DNA of 62,426 nucleotides, taken from positions 1 to 62,426 of the forward strand of contig REEJ01000307.1 of NCBI GenBank assembly GCA_007695125.1, written 5' to 3'. The notes under the pieces are model-generated. The model ran no database searches. It saw only the letters and a program-made list of their open reading frames with translations, and was not told the DNA's origin. Positions 16,576 to 25,169 of the stretch are shown here, one piece after another. Position numbers and translations under genes: made by a program. This DNA is from Trueperaceae bacterium (GTDB lineage Bacteria; Deinococcota; Deinococci; Deinococcales; Trueperaceae). Within the stretch, counting starts at the first letter, position 1. The number at the start of each line of letters is the position of its first letter.

Positions 16576-17551
16576 AGCGGATCCTCGGGTTGATCAGGCT
16601 GTACGAGAGGTCGACGAGCAGGTTCGCGATCGCGAACACGACGGCGAGCATCAGCACGCTCCCCTGCACCACGGGGAAGTCGCGTTGGCTGATGGCGCTC
16701 ACGATCAAGCGCCCGACGCCCGGCCAGGCGAAGACGACCTCGATGACGATCGCGCCACCGAGCAGCGCCCCGAACTGGACGCCGACCACCGTGACGACGG
16801 GGAGCAGCGCGTTCTTGAGGGCGTGCCCGTACACGACCGTGATGCCGCGCAGGCCCTTGGCGCGGGCCGTGCGGACGTAGTCGCGGTTGAGCACCTCGAG
16901 CAGGCTGGAGCGCGTCAGGCGCGTGATGAGGGCCATGATCGAGGTGCCGAGCGCCAAGGCCGGCAGCAGCACGTAGCGGAAGTGGTCCCACAACACCATG
17001 AAGTCGAACTGCGTGACCATCGCGACGATCGCGTCGACGAAGCTGGGCCCGCGCGATCCGATCGGCAGCCACGAGACGTGCAGCGCGACCTGCGACAGCA
17101 GGATCAGGCCCACCCAGAAGTTCGGCGCCGCGACCCCCACGAGCGCCGCGAACATCGACCCGAAGTCGATCCACGAGTTGCGCCGTACCGCCGAGAGCAC
17201 CCCCAGCGGGATACCCACCCCCACCGCCAGCACCAGCGACCACAACGCCAGCTCGATCGTGGCCGGCATGCGCTCGAAGATGAGCAGCGTCACCGGGAGC
17301 TGGCTCCTGATGCCCGTACCGAGGTCGCCCCGCAGTGCGTTCCCGAGCCAGATGACGTACTGCACCGGCAACGGCCGGTCGAAGCCGTAGAGGCGGTTGA
17401 GGCGCTCGACGTCCTCTTCCCTGGCTTCCTCGCCCAGCATGATCCGCACGGGATCGCCGGGCGCCAGGTGCACCAGCATGAAGACGATGATCGACACCCC
17501 GAGCAGGATGACGACCAGTGACAGCATCCGCCGAACGATGTACTTCAGCAT
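16568..17551 (-). CDS. Peptide/nickel ABC transporter permease (DppB/OppB-like)
   Basis: 327 aa. Starts MLKYIVRRML. EAA loop YVRTARAKGL. Overlaps the downstream permease gene by 8 nt. Confidence 0.85.
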   Translation of the reverse strand: MLKYIVRRMLSLVVILLGVSIIVFMLVHLAPGDPVRIMLGEEAREEDVERLNRLYGFDRPLPVQYVIWLGNALRGDLGTGIRSQLPVTLLIFERMPATIELALWSLVLAVGVGIPLGVLSAVRRNSWIDFGSMFAALVGVAAPNFWVGLILLSQVALHVSWLPIGSRGPSFVDAIVAMVTQFDFMVLWDHFRYVLLPALALGTSIMALITRLTRSSLLEVLNRDYVRTARAKGLRGITVVYGHALKNALLPVVTVVGVQFGALLGGAIVIEVVFAWPGVGRLIVSAISQRDFPVVQGSVLMLAVVFAIANLLVDLSYSLINPRIRYD

Positions 17552-17572
17552 CTCGTGACGGTCCTCACGCGC

Positions 17573-18766
17573 CTACCGTACCAGCGTCAGGGCCGACTGC
17601 GGCCGCGAGAGGAAGCGCGCTCCGTCGGCCGTGACGACCACGTCCTGCTCCGGCCCCACGGGGTGGCCGTCGACGTCGGTGACGCCGTGCACGACCGGCT
17701 CGACGGTGTAGACCTCGCCTTCGACCAAGGCGCCCATGCCGCGCTCGCCGTAGCGATCGCCGAGCGGAGCGAGCGTGGTACCGCCGTCGTGGACCGTGCG
17801 GCCGATCTGGTGGCCGAGGGCGTGCGTGTAGGGCGTGACGCCGAACGCTTCGAGGGCGGCCCGCGCCACGGCGTCGACTTCAAAGCCACGCACGCCGGGG
17901 CGCATCGCTGCGACGGAGCGGTGCACGGCCGCCATGGCGGCGTCGAAGCGGTGCTGCACCTCGGGCGGCGGCGCGTCTTCGCCCTCGCGCAGCACGTAGT
18001 AGGTGTGCATCACGTCGCTGCTGTAGCCCTCGACGAACACGCCCATGTCGATCACCACCGTGTCGCCGGGGGTGATCGGCGCCTCGCCCGCCGTGCGGTG
18101 GCCGAGGCCGGCGCGACCGGTCATGACCGCTGCCCCGTCGCTGAAGGAGTGGGTCACGCCGAGTTCGCGCTGGCGCCGCTTGATGAACTCGGCGACGTCG
18201 CGCTCGGTCATCCCGCTGCGCATGAAGCGACCCGCCTCGTCGTGGAGCTGCTGGGTGAGTTCGATCGCGCGCGTGATCCGGCGCAGCTCTTCACTCGTCT
18301 TGCGCGCCCGCAGCGGCTCGAGCACCGGGGCCGAGGACACGGCGCGGCGGCCGATCGTGTCGTCGCCGAGCACCAGCTCGAGCTTGCGCAGGAGCCCGAC
18401 GGTCAGGCCGTCGAGCAGGTAGTCGTCGACGTGTTGGTTCAGCGCGAACGAGCCGGGCGCGAGCCTCGCGACCACGTCGCGGAGATGCTGGTCGAGCCCC
18501 TCGCGGCCGTAGGCCACGACCTCGCCGAACACGCCGGGCGCCTCGATGCCCATGCGATCGTAGTCGGCGACGATCGCGATCTTGTCGCCGGACCGGGTGA
18601 ACACGAAGGCCGATAGGCCGACCATCGCCTCGCCCGCGAACAGCAGCGTCGACTGGTCGCTGCCCTCGCGACAGAACACGATCCAGACGTCGGCCGGCAG
18701 GGCGGGCATGAGGTCGTCGAGTTGGGCGTGCTTCTGACGGATGAGCGTGAGGTCGTTCGTGTTCAC
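17573..18766 (-). CDS. M24-family Xaa-Pro aminopeptidase, paralog 3
   Basis: GTG at 18766, preceded by AGGAG. Motifs VVIDMGVFVEGYSSDV, HALGHQIGRTVHD, VYTVEP and EQDVVVT. Confidence 0.85.
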   Translation of the reverse strand: MNTNDLTLIRQKHAQLDDLMPALPADVWIVFCREGSDQSTLLFAGEAMVGLSAFVFTRSGDKIAIVADYDRMGIEAPGVFGEVVAYGREGLDQHLRDVVARLAPGSFALNQHVDDYLLDGLTVGLLRKLELVLGDDTIGRRAVSSAPVLEPLRARKTSEELRRITRAIELTQQLHDEAGRFMRSGMTERDVAEFIKRRQRELGVTHSFSDGAAVMTGRAGLGHRTAGEAPITPGDTVVIDMGVFVEGYSSDVMHTYYVLREGEDAPPPEVQHRFDAAMAAVHRSVAAMRPGVRGFEVDAVARAALEAFGVTPYTHALGHQIGRTVHDGGTTLAPLGDRYGERGMGALVEGEVYTVEPVVHGVTDVDGHPVGPEQDVVVTADGARFLSRPQSALTLVR

Positions 18767-18920
18767 GTGGCTGCTCCTGGGTCGGGGCTCGGGCGGCCCT
18801 GCCGATGGCGCCGCGAGGCGGCGTATGAAGCCTCAGCGTACCGTATGACCACTCGCCCTAGGCGGCGCCGACGCCTGACCCCGTGCGCCGGGCGCCGCCG
18901 TCTGCTACCATGCGCGCACC

Positions 18921-19250
18921 GTGAAACTGCTGTTGACCATCGTGCAGGACGCTGACGTCGGCAAGCTCGAGCAGGCCTTGCGCGAGCAGGGCCACCAATC
19001 GACGAAACTGGCCTCGACCGGCGGGTTCCTCCGCGAGGGGAACACCACCTTGCTCATCGGGGTCGAGGACCGCGACGTGACGAGCGTCAAGGAGATCATC
19101 CACGCCAACTGCCGCGAGCGCACCAAGGTGGTGACGGCCGGCTCACCGCTGCATGCGGTGGAGGGGGCGTTCGCCAGCCAGCCGATGGAGGTGCCCGTCG
19201 GCGGCGCGATCGTGTTCGTGCTGGCCGTGGAGTCCTTCGACCGTCTCTGA
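18921..19250 (+). CDS. darA: PII-like cyclic-di-AMP receptor (DarA/YaaQ family)
   Basis: 109 aa. MKLLLTIVQD..TKLASTGGFLREGNTTLLIGVED..VPVGGAIVFVL aligns along its full length with my recollection of B. subtilis YaaQ/DarA. Confidence 0.8.
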   Translation: MKLLLTIVQDADVGKLEQALREQGHQSTKLASTGGFLREGNTTLLIGVEDRDVTSVKEIIHANCRERTKVVTAGSPLHAVEGAFASQPMEVPVGGAIVFVLAVESFDRL

Positions 19251-19274
19251 GCCCGCGACGCCGATCGTGTCGAC

Positions 19275-21410
19275 TCAGCGCTCGAACTCGCGGATGAAGC
19301 GCTCCTGCACGAGGTAGACGAAGCGTGGCGTCAGGGGTGGCAGGTTGGCGACGTCGTTGAAGCGCAGGTCGTAGTTCCAGTCACGGATGGGGGCGTCGTA
19401 GACGCCCGTGTTGCCACCGCCGGTGCCCGGCCAGCCGCCGGTGGAGCGCTCGGGCTCGCCCAGGCTGACGAACGAGCCGGCGTAGCGCAGGGTCCGGTTG
19501 GTCCACGTCTCGTGCATGCGCGGGTAGTTCTCGAGGCCACCGTTGTACGCCCCGTTCTGACCGGTCGTGCCGTCGACGCCACCGGTGGTATCGGTGTTGG
19601 CCAGGAACGCGGCAGCGATCGTGGTGGGGTTGGCCTGACGGTTCCCCAGGACGCGGCGGTTGCTCGTGATGCTGTCGGTGGTGTACATGCTGCCCACCGG
19701 ATAGGCGGACGGGTCGTCGTGGTACTGGTTGTTGTTCGCCTGCGGTCCGCGCCTGCCCGAGAGCACGTTGATCGTGTCGGCCAAGATCGCTGCGGGGCGC
19801 CACAGCGGGTCAGCGGGGTTGGGCGCGCCTGCGTCGGAGGGGAACGGTCGCCCGGTCGCGCCGTTGTAGTTGCCGCTGGTGAACACCGCCTGATCCGAGA
19901 CGACGGTCAGGCCGTTGATCTCGGGTGCCCCCGGCAGGCCGGAACCGAGCACCTCCGCGTTGCGCAAACGCACGCCGTAGCCGCTGCTGGCGGCGTTGCT
20001 GTCGTTTCCCAGCACCGTGAAGTACCACACGAGGCCGCCATTGCGGTTGGTGCCGATGTCATTGTGCCCGCTGGTGCGGCCGGCGAAGAAGTTCGTCGGG
20101 TCGGCGTTCGAGGCGTTGGCCTGCAGGCAGTCGAGCAGGCCGCGCACGTCGACCTCCAGCATCAGGCGGTAGGACGTCCGCTGGTTGTCGTTGTTCCTGT
20201 TCTCACGCCGGTCGCGGAACGAGTTCGACCATTCCACGGCCCGCACGTCGCTGCCGTACACGGCCGCGTCGCCGGGGTCGCGTGGCGTTGGGCTCCCCGG
20301 CAACCCTTGGTGCGGCCGGACGCCGTACCCTCGGGGCGCCGGATCGTTCGCGAGGCAGGTGTCGAGGGTGGCGGTGAGGCTCGCGTCGATCTGCGGCAGG
20401 CCGCCCGAGAGCTCGGATCGGAGCACGACGGCGCGCGCGTTGGCGACCCCGTCCGTGCCGCGCAGGTCGAGCGCGATGCGAACGTCGGCCTCGTTCCAGT
20501 ACAAGCCGGCGAAGCCGAACTCCTCTGGCGGCGGTACCGTCAACGTGTCGAGCCGCGTACGGATCTGGCCTTGGAAGGTGTCGATGGTGCCCTGGGGAAC
20601 CGGGTTGAAGGAACTCCCCGAACACACGAGGGCCGGGTTGTTCCCTGGGATGCGCACTCGGGCGGTACCGGTGCAGTTGTTGGCGTCCTTGCGCCCCCGG
20701 TGCACGTTGCCGCCGGTGCCTCCGGAACGCACGGCCGCGGTCACCTGCCCGTTGATCTGCAGGGTCGCGTTGGCGTTGAGATACAGGTCGCCGTTGGCGT
20801 GGACCCGGCCGTCGAGCGTCATGTTCGGTCCCGGCGCGATCTCGAGGTCCTTGTCGTAGAAGGCGGCGAACTGGAAGAGCGGTACGAGCCGCACGCGGAA
20901 GATCATCTCGAGCAACGCCTCCGGCCGGTCGTCGCCGGGCGGAACGGCCTCGGAGAACACCGAGTAGCGGTACTGGATGGCCGAGAGGCCGGCGAACAGC
21001 TCGCCCGGCGGCACCGTGATCGCCCGGTCACGGTCGTCCGGGTCGTTGTTCCTGGGGTCCTCGAGCACGTAGGTCGTGACGGTCCGGTCGTTGACGTCGA
21101 GCGTCTGACACGCCATGTCGCCGGTGCCGACGTTGAGCCCCGAGCAGGCGTCCGTAGCCTCGGGCGAGGTGCCCGAGGGACGGTTGTAACCCTGGAACTC
21201 TCGCCGGATCAGCTCACCGCGCACGTTGAGGCCTGCCTCGGCCGCGTAGAAGCCCGACGTGATGTCGGCGTTGACGCGGCTGGAGGCGATCTCGGTGTTG
21301 GTGAGCGCGAACATCGCGACCAGCAAGGCGCCCAGCACCACGGTGAGCAGCAGCACGGTGACGACGGCGAAGCCGCCGCGTGAAGAGGAGGGTCGATTCG
21401 GCATCTGCAT
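19275..21410 (-). CDS. Large PilX-N-terminal minor pilin-like protein (ComZ-like position)
   Basis: Start at the ATG at 21410, overlapping the upstream stop by 1 nt (TGATG). N-terminus RGGFAVVTVLLLTVVLGALLVAMF without Glu5. A ~650-aa Asn/Gly/Thr-rich domain follows (..LFQFAAFYDKDLEIAPGPNMTLDGRVHANGDLYL..). Confidence 0.75.
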   Translation of the reverse strand: MQMPNRPSSSRGGFAVVTVLLLTVVLGALLVAMFALTNTEIASSRVNADITSGFYAAEAGLNVRGELIRREFQGYNRPSGTSPEATDACSGLNVGTGDMACQTLDVNDRTVTTYVLEDPRNNDPDDRDRAITVPPGELFAGLSAIQYRYSVFSEAVPPGDDRPEALLEMIFRVRLVPLFQFAAFYDKDLEIAPGPNMTLDGRVHANGDLYLNANATLQINGQVTAAVRSGGTGGNVHRGRKDANNCTGTARVRIPGNNPALVCSGSSFNPVPQGTIDTFQGQIRTRLDTLTVPPPEEFGFAGLYWNEADVRIALDLRGTDGVANARAVVLRSELSGGLPQIDASLTATLDTCLANDPAPRGYGVRPHQGLPGSPTPRDPGDAAVYGSDVRAVEWSNSFRDRRENRNNDNQRTSYRLMLEVDVRGLLDCLQANASNADPTNFFAGRTSGHNDIGTNRNGGLVWYFTVLGNDSNAASSGYGVRLRNAEVLGSGLPGAPEINGLTVVSDQAVFTSGNYNGATGRPFPSDAGAPNPADPLWRPAAILADTINVLSGRRGPQANNNQYHDDPSAYPVGSMYTTDSITSNRRVLGNRQANPTTIAAAFLANTDTTGGVDGTTGQNGAYNGGLENYPRMHETWTNRTLRYAGSFVSLGEPERSTGGWPGTGGGNTGVYDAPIRDWNYDLRFNDVANLPPLTPRFVYLVQERFIREFER

Positions 21411-22378
21411 CACCTCGAGAGCACGTTGCGGGGGAAGTACTCGACGGTCATCTCGCGCTCGATCTCCGTGCGCCCTTGCTGGAGCCCGACGGAGATCGTC
21501 ACGTCCACGCTGCGGATGCGGGCCCACGAGAGGTCCGAACCGAACTGGGTCAGCACCTCGTCGGCACCCGAACCGTCGTCGCGCGTGATTTCGACGACGA
21601 AGCGCCTGATGCCGTCGGCGATGCGCAGTTCGTCGCCCGTCACGGCGTCGCGGCGCACCAGCACGCCGTCGCCGTCGACGCGGTACTCGAACACGTCGAG
21701 CAATCCGATGACGGCCGCGGTCGCGTCGTGGTACGCCGCGCCCGAGTCCCACGTGCAGGCATCGACACATTGCACCTGAAGCGGCTGAGCATCGACGATC
21801 TCGACGCGGAAGTACTGACCGACGTTGCTGGCGGGGTCGTGGATGTAGGCCGTCCCTTGCCCACCCGAGTCCGCCAACAAGGAGCGCCATGCCAGCACGT
21901 TCGGGGGCCAGTCGACGCCTCCGCTCGTGACGAGGCTCTGCGCGATGCAGCGCTGCGGCATGAGCACACCGGTCACGGCGACCGTGATCGAACTGCCCAC
22001 GAGCGCGTCGTCGTTACACACCGGCAGCCACTCTTCTCGCGCACGCCGCAGTGTCAGCACCGAGTTGCTCCCGTCCGCATCGAGCTGCACCGGACTCAGG
22101 ATCCCGAGCCCGATCTCGTTGAAGCGCTCGCCGGCGATGCGGATGTCGGCCGCGATCAGGTCGTGGGCGGCTCGAAGCGTCTGGTTCACACCGGTGCGGA
22201 CCTGATCGAGTTCGACCGTGCGCCGGTTCGACAGCACGATCGGCAGCACCAGCGCCAGCAACAGACCCACCACCGCCAGGGTCACGAGCAGCTCGAGCAG
22301 GGTCACACCGCGCCGGGCCGACCCGTCAGTCGAGCGCCGTGAACACGGTGGACACGGTGTAGCGGGTCCGACCCCCAT
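21410..22378 (-). CDS. PilW-like pseudopilin (prepilin-type N-terminal cleavage/methylation domain)
   Basis: RRG|VTLLELLVTLAVVGLLLAL with Glu5. 322 aa. The start is uncertain; the ATG at 22378 gives a 24-aa leader. Confidence 0.7.
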   Translation of the reverse strand: MGVGPATPCPPCSRRSTDGSARRGVTLLELLVTLAVVGLLLALVLPIVLSNRRTVELDQVRTGVNQTLRAAHDLIAADIRIAGERFNEIGLGILSPVQLDADGSNSVLTLRRAREEWLPVCNDDALVGSSITVAVTGVLMPQRCIAQSLVTSGGVDWPPNVLAWRSLLADSGGQGTAYIHDPASNVGQYFRVEIVDAQPLQVQCVDACTWDSGAAYHDATAAVIGLLDVFEYRVDGDGVLVRRDAVTGDELRIADGIRRFVVEITRDDGSGADEVLTQFGSDLSWARIRSVDVTISVGLQQGRTEIEREMTVEYFPRNVLSR

Positions 22379-22727
22379 AGCTCACCTCCACGTCGATCAA
22401 CTCGGCACCGGTGAAGCAGATGCCGCCTTGGCAGAACGGTGCGTACGCCACCAAGACGGCGTACGTGCGTCCATGGGAGTCCACGTTCACGGCGGATCCC
22501 GACGTCGGCCAATCGCTCTTCGGCCGCACGCGGAACTGGTCGAGGACGGTCTGCGCGGCTGCCACCGCACCGGTGCGGGCCTCGTTGTCGGTGTTGATGC
22601 GCAGGTTGCCGATGAACGCCGGCACCACGGCGGCGAGCACGATCCCGACGATGACGATGGCGATGATCGCCTCGATCAGCGAGAAGCCGGATCGACTCGC
22701 GGAGCGTTCACGGACCACGGACGCCAC
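22326..22727 (-). CDS. PilV-like pseudopilin
   Basis: SG|FSLIEAIIAIVIVGIVLAA. 133 aa. Confidence 0.75.
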   Translation of the reverse strand: MASVVRERSASRSGFSLIEAIIAIVIVGIVLAAVVPAFIGNLRINTDNEARTGAVAAAQTVLDQFRVRPKSDWPTSGSAVNVDSHGRTYAVLVAYAPFCQGGICFTGAELIDVEVSYGGRTRYTVSTVFTALD

Positions 22728-23154
22728 CTCCTGCGAACACGTCGATGGAAGCGGTACGGCCCTGCGCGTCGCGGAACGTCACCGTTGGAGATTGGTCCGT
22801 GAAACCGCGGCTGTTGAAGCACAGCAGCTGCGCCCCGTCGGCCAGACCGTCGATCGTGGTGCCGTCGCGCAGCTCCAGGTCGAAGCGCGCCTCTGGTGTC
22901 CAGGTCTCGCTGCCACCGCAGGCCCTCCGCCACTGCACCACCACACGGTCCGGGGCCACGTAGACCAGGCGGTACGCCGACGTGGTCGCCATCGCGCGCC
23001 CTCGCGCCTGCTTGACCGACCCGGCGAAGTCGTTGGCCGCCGCCCGCGCCTCGTTGTGCAACGGCCGCAGGTTGAGGGCCGCAATGGAAGCCAGGATGCC
23101 GATGATCGCGATGATCACGAGCAACTCGAGGATCGTGAAGCCGGCTCGTTGCAC
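22708..23154 (-). CDS. GspH/FimT-like pseudopilin
   Basis: Start re-assigned to the GTG at 23154, which has GGGAGG 7 nt upstream. This gives a classic short leader (M)QRAG|FTILELLVIIAIIGILA. Confidence 0.75.
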   Translation of the reverse strand: MQRAGFTILELLVIIAIIGILASIAALNLRPLHNEARAAANDFAGSVKQARGRAMATTSAYRLVYVAPDRVVVQWRRACGGSETWTPEARFDLELRDGTTIDGLADGAQLLCFNSRGFTDQSPTVTFRDAQGRTASIDVFAGGGVRGP

Positions 23155-23352
23155 CCTCGACCTCCCCTGAACGACGCCACCGCACCTGCGAGGCGATTCT
23201 CGAGGCGGTGCTCGAGGCGGTCGGCAGCCTGCGCGCATAGCTAGCCTTACCGCACACATCCTTACAGTATTGTCACTTCTGACGTGTGCTCAACCTCACG
23301 GCGCGCTGAGCACCCACCCCCGGCGGCCGGCCGGCGGCGTGCAGGCGCCGGC

Positions 23353-24027
23353 TCAGCCCACCAGGCCGCGCTCGATCGCCCAGCGCACCAGCTCTGCGCG
23401 GCTGCGCACGCCGAGCTTCTCGGAGGCGCGCTCGCGGTACGTCGCCACGGTCTTCTCGGAGATACCGAGCGCCTCGGCGATCTCGCGGTAGGTGTTGCCC
23501 TCGGCGATCTGCGTCACCACTTCGAGCTCGCGCCCGGTCAGCTTCACGTGCTTGTACGGGTCGCCCTGCGCCATCTCGCGCGCGAGCTCCGCCAGCAGCT
23601 TGGCGGGCGCATAGTACTCGCCCCGCGCCACGGCCAGGATCGCGTCCACCAGTTGCGTCTCCAGCGAACTCTTGGGCACGTAGCCGCTGCCGCCGGCCTC
23701 GAGGAAGCCCTGCACGTACTCGGGGTCCTCGTGCATCGACAACGCCACGAGGCGCGCCGCCGGGATCGTCTTGCGCAGCGCCCGGGCGGTCTCGATGCCG
23801 TTCATGCCGGGGAGCGACAAGTCGAGCAACACGACGTCCGGAGCGACGGCCAAGACGCGGGTCAGCGCCTCTTCGCCGCTCTCGGCCTCGCCCACCACCT
23901 CGAGCATGTCGTGATGCGCCAGCAGCGCACGGACGCCCGCACGGACGATGGCGTGGTCGTCGACCAGGAACAGGCGCACCCGGCCGCCGCCGGCTCCCTC
24001 GGCCGGACGCGTCGTGGAGGCCTTCAC
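23353..24027 (-). CDS. NarL/FixJ-family response regulator (REC + LuxR-type helix-turn-helix)
   Basis: Motifs LFLVDDH, DVVLLDLSLPGMNG and TGRELEVVTQIAEGNTYREIAEALGISEKTV. The GTG at 24027 overlaps the kinase stop (GTGA). Confidence 0.9.
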   Translation of the reverse strand: MKASTTRPAEGAGGGRVRLFLVDDHAIVRAGVRALLAHHDMLEVVGEAESGEEALTRVLAVAPDVVLLDLSLPGMNGIETARALRKTIPAARLVALSMHEDPEYVQGFLEAGGSGYVPKSSLETQLVDAILAVARGEYYAPAKLLAELAREMAQGDPYKHVKLTGRELEVVTQIAEGNTYREIAEALGISEKTVATYRERASEKLGVRSRAELVRWAIERGLVG

Positions 24028-25169
24028 GCGCGCCGGCTCGGCAGTCTGGCGTACAGCGAGCACCCCTCACCGCGCGCGCTCTCGATGCCGAGGCTGCCAC
24101 CGAGCAACTCGAGGCGCTCGCGCATGCCCATCAGACCCACCTGCTCGGCCGCCGCCAGCGCTTTCGGGTCGAAGCCGACGCCGTCGTCCTCGACCACCAA
24201 CTGGACACCGCCGTGCGAGACGGTGACGACCACCGACGCCGCCCGGGCGCCCGCATGGCGCACGACGTTGGTGAGCGCCTCTTGCGCCACGCGGTACAAC
24301 ACCGTCTCCTCCTGATGGCCCAGCCGCGCGGACAGCGTCACCAGCACGCGCACGTCGATCCCGTAGCGCTCGTGCGTGTCACGTGCGAAGCGCCTGAGCG
24401 CGGCCTCCAGGCCGAGCTCGTCGAGCACCGAGGGGCGCAGGTCGAGCGCGATGCGGCGAACGTCGGCCAACGTGATCGAGGCGATCTCCTTGAGCTTGGC
24501 GAGGTCCTCGGGGTCGGGTGCCTCCAGGTTGCGATCGAGCCCGAGCAAGAGCGCCGTGAGCGACTGTCCGATCTGGTCGTGCAAGTCCCGCGAGATGCGC
24601 CCGCGCTCCTCTTCCTGGGCGCTGAGCACCGCCTGCAAGAGCCGTGAGCGCTGCTGCTCCTTCTCGGCGAGGCGAGCATGCAGGTGGGTGCGCTTCAGGG
24701 CCGCGTCCACGAGCTCGACGACGGCGGCGAGGAACGACTCGGAGACGTCTTCGGCGCCAGCCAGGGCGAACAGCGCATCGCTGCCGATCGGGACCAGGTG
24801 CCACTGGCCGCGGTGCGTCACCGCCCCGCTGCGCAGCGCCTCGCGCGCGCCCTCCTCGAGGCCGTCGCGCAGCGGACAGGCGTCGCAATCCACGGCATCG
24901 CACCGCCCCACGGCAACGGTCGCCAAGCGCGTGTCGTCGGCGAGCAGCGCCTCGCCGCACGTGAACCATCCCATCGCGACGAGCGTGTCGAGGGCGCGCT
25001 CGAGCAGGAGCCGTGGCTCCCCTTCGCTGGCGACGCGCCGTGCCAACCGGTGCAGCGTCTCCAGCTCGTGCGTGCGACGAGCGGCGTCACCGACGCCGGC
25101 CCGGCGTGACGTCGCGAGGGTCGGAGCGTGCGTGCCGGAGCGGAGCGGGAGTGCGCGCATACGCGTCAT
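24024..25169 (-). CDS. Cytoplasmic HisKA_3/HATPase sensor kinase with a Cys-rich N-terminal sensor domain
   Basis: H-box RISRDLHDQIGQSL. N/G boxes EALTNVVRH and DDGVGF. No transmembrane segment. Start taken at the ATG at 25169 (the track ORF extends to 25307). Four Cys in a C-x18-C-x4-C-x2-C pattern. Confidence 0.85.
   Translation of the reverse strand: MTRMRALPLRSGTHAPTLATSRRAGVGDAARRTHELETLHRLARRVASEGEPRLLLERALDTLVAMGWFTCGEALLADDTRLATVAVGRCDAVDCDACPLRDGLEEGAREALRSGAVTHRGQWHLVPIGSDALFALAGAEDVSESFLAAVVELVDAALKRTHLHARLAEKEQQRSRLLQAVLSAQEEERGRISRDLHDQIGQSLTALLLGLDRNLEAPDPEDLAKLKEIASITLADVRRIALDLRPSVLDELGLEAALRRFARDTHERYGIDVRVLVTLSARLGHQEETVLYRVAQEALTNVVRHAGARAASVVVTVSHGGVQLVVEDDGVGFDPKALAAAEQVGLMGMRERLELLGGSLGIESARGEGCSLYARLPSRRA

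Noticed and set aside
21411-21890. N-terminal 160-aa extension of the ComZ-like ORF (track start 21890), and similar extensions at 25170-25307, 11139-11315, 38549-38650 and 40778-40900
   Set aside because: The extensions are Arg-rich, overlap upstream genes or ribosome-binding sites, and precede internal starts with good GGAGG sites or stop/start coupling.
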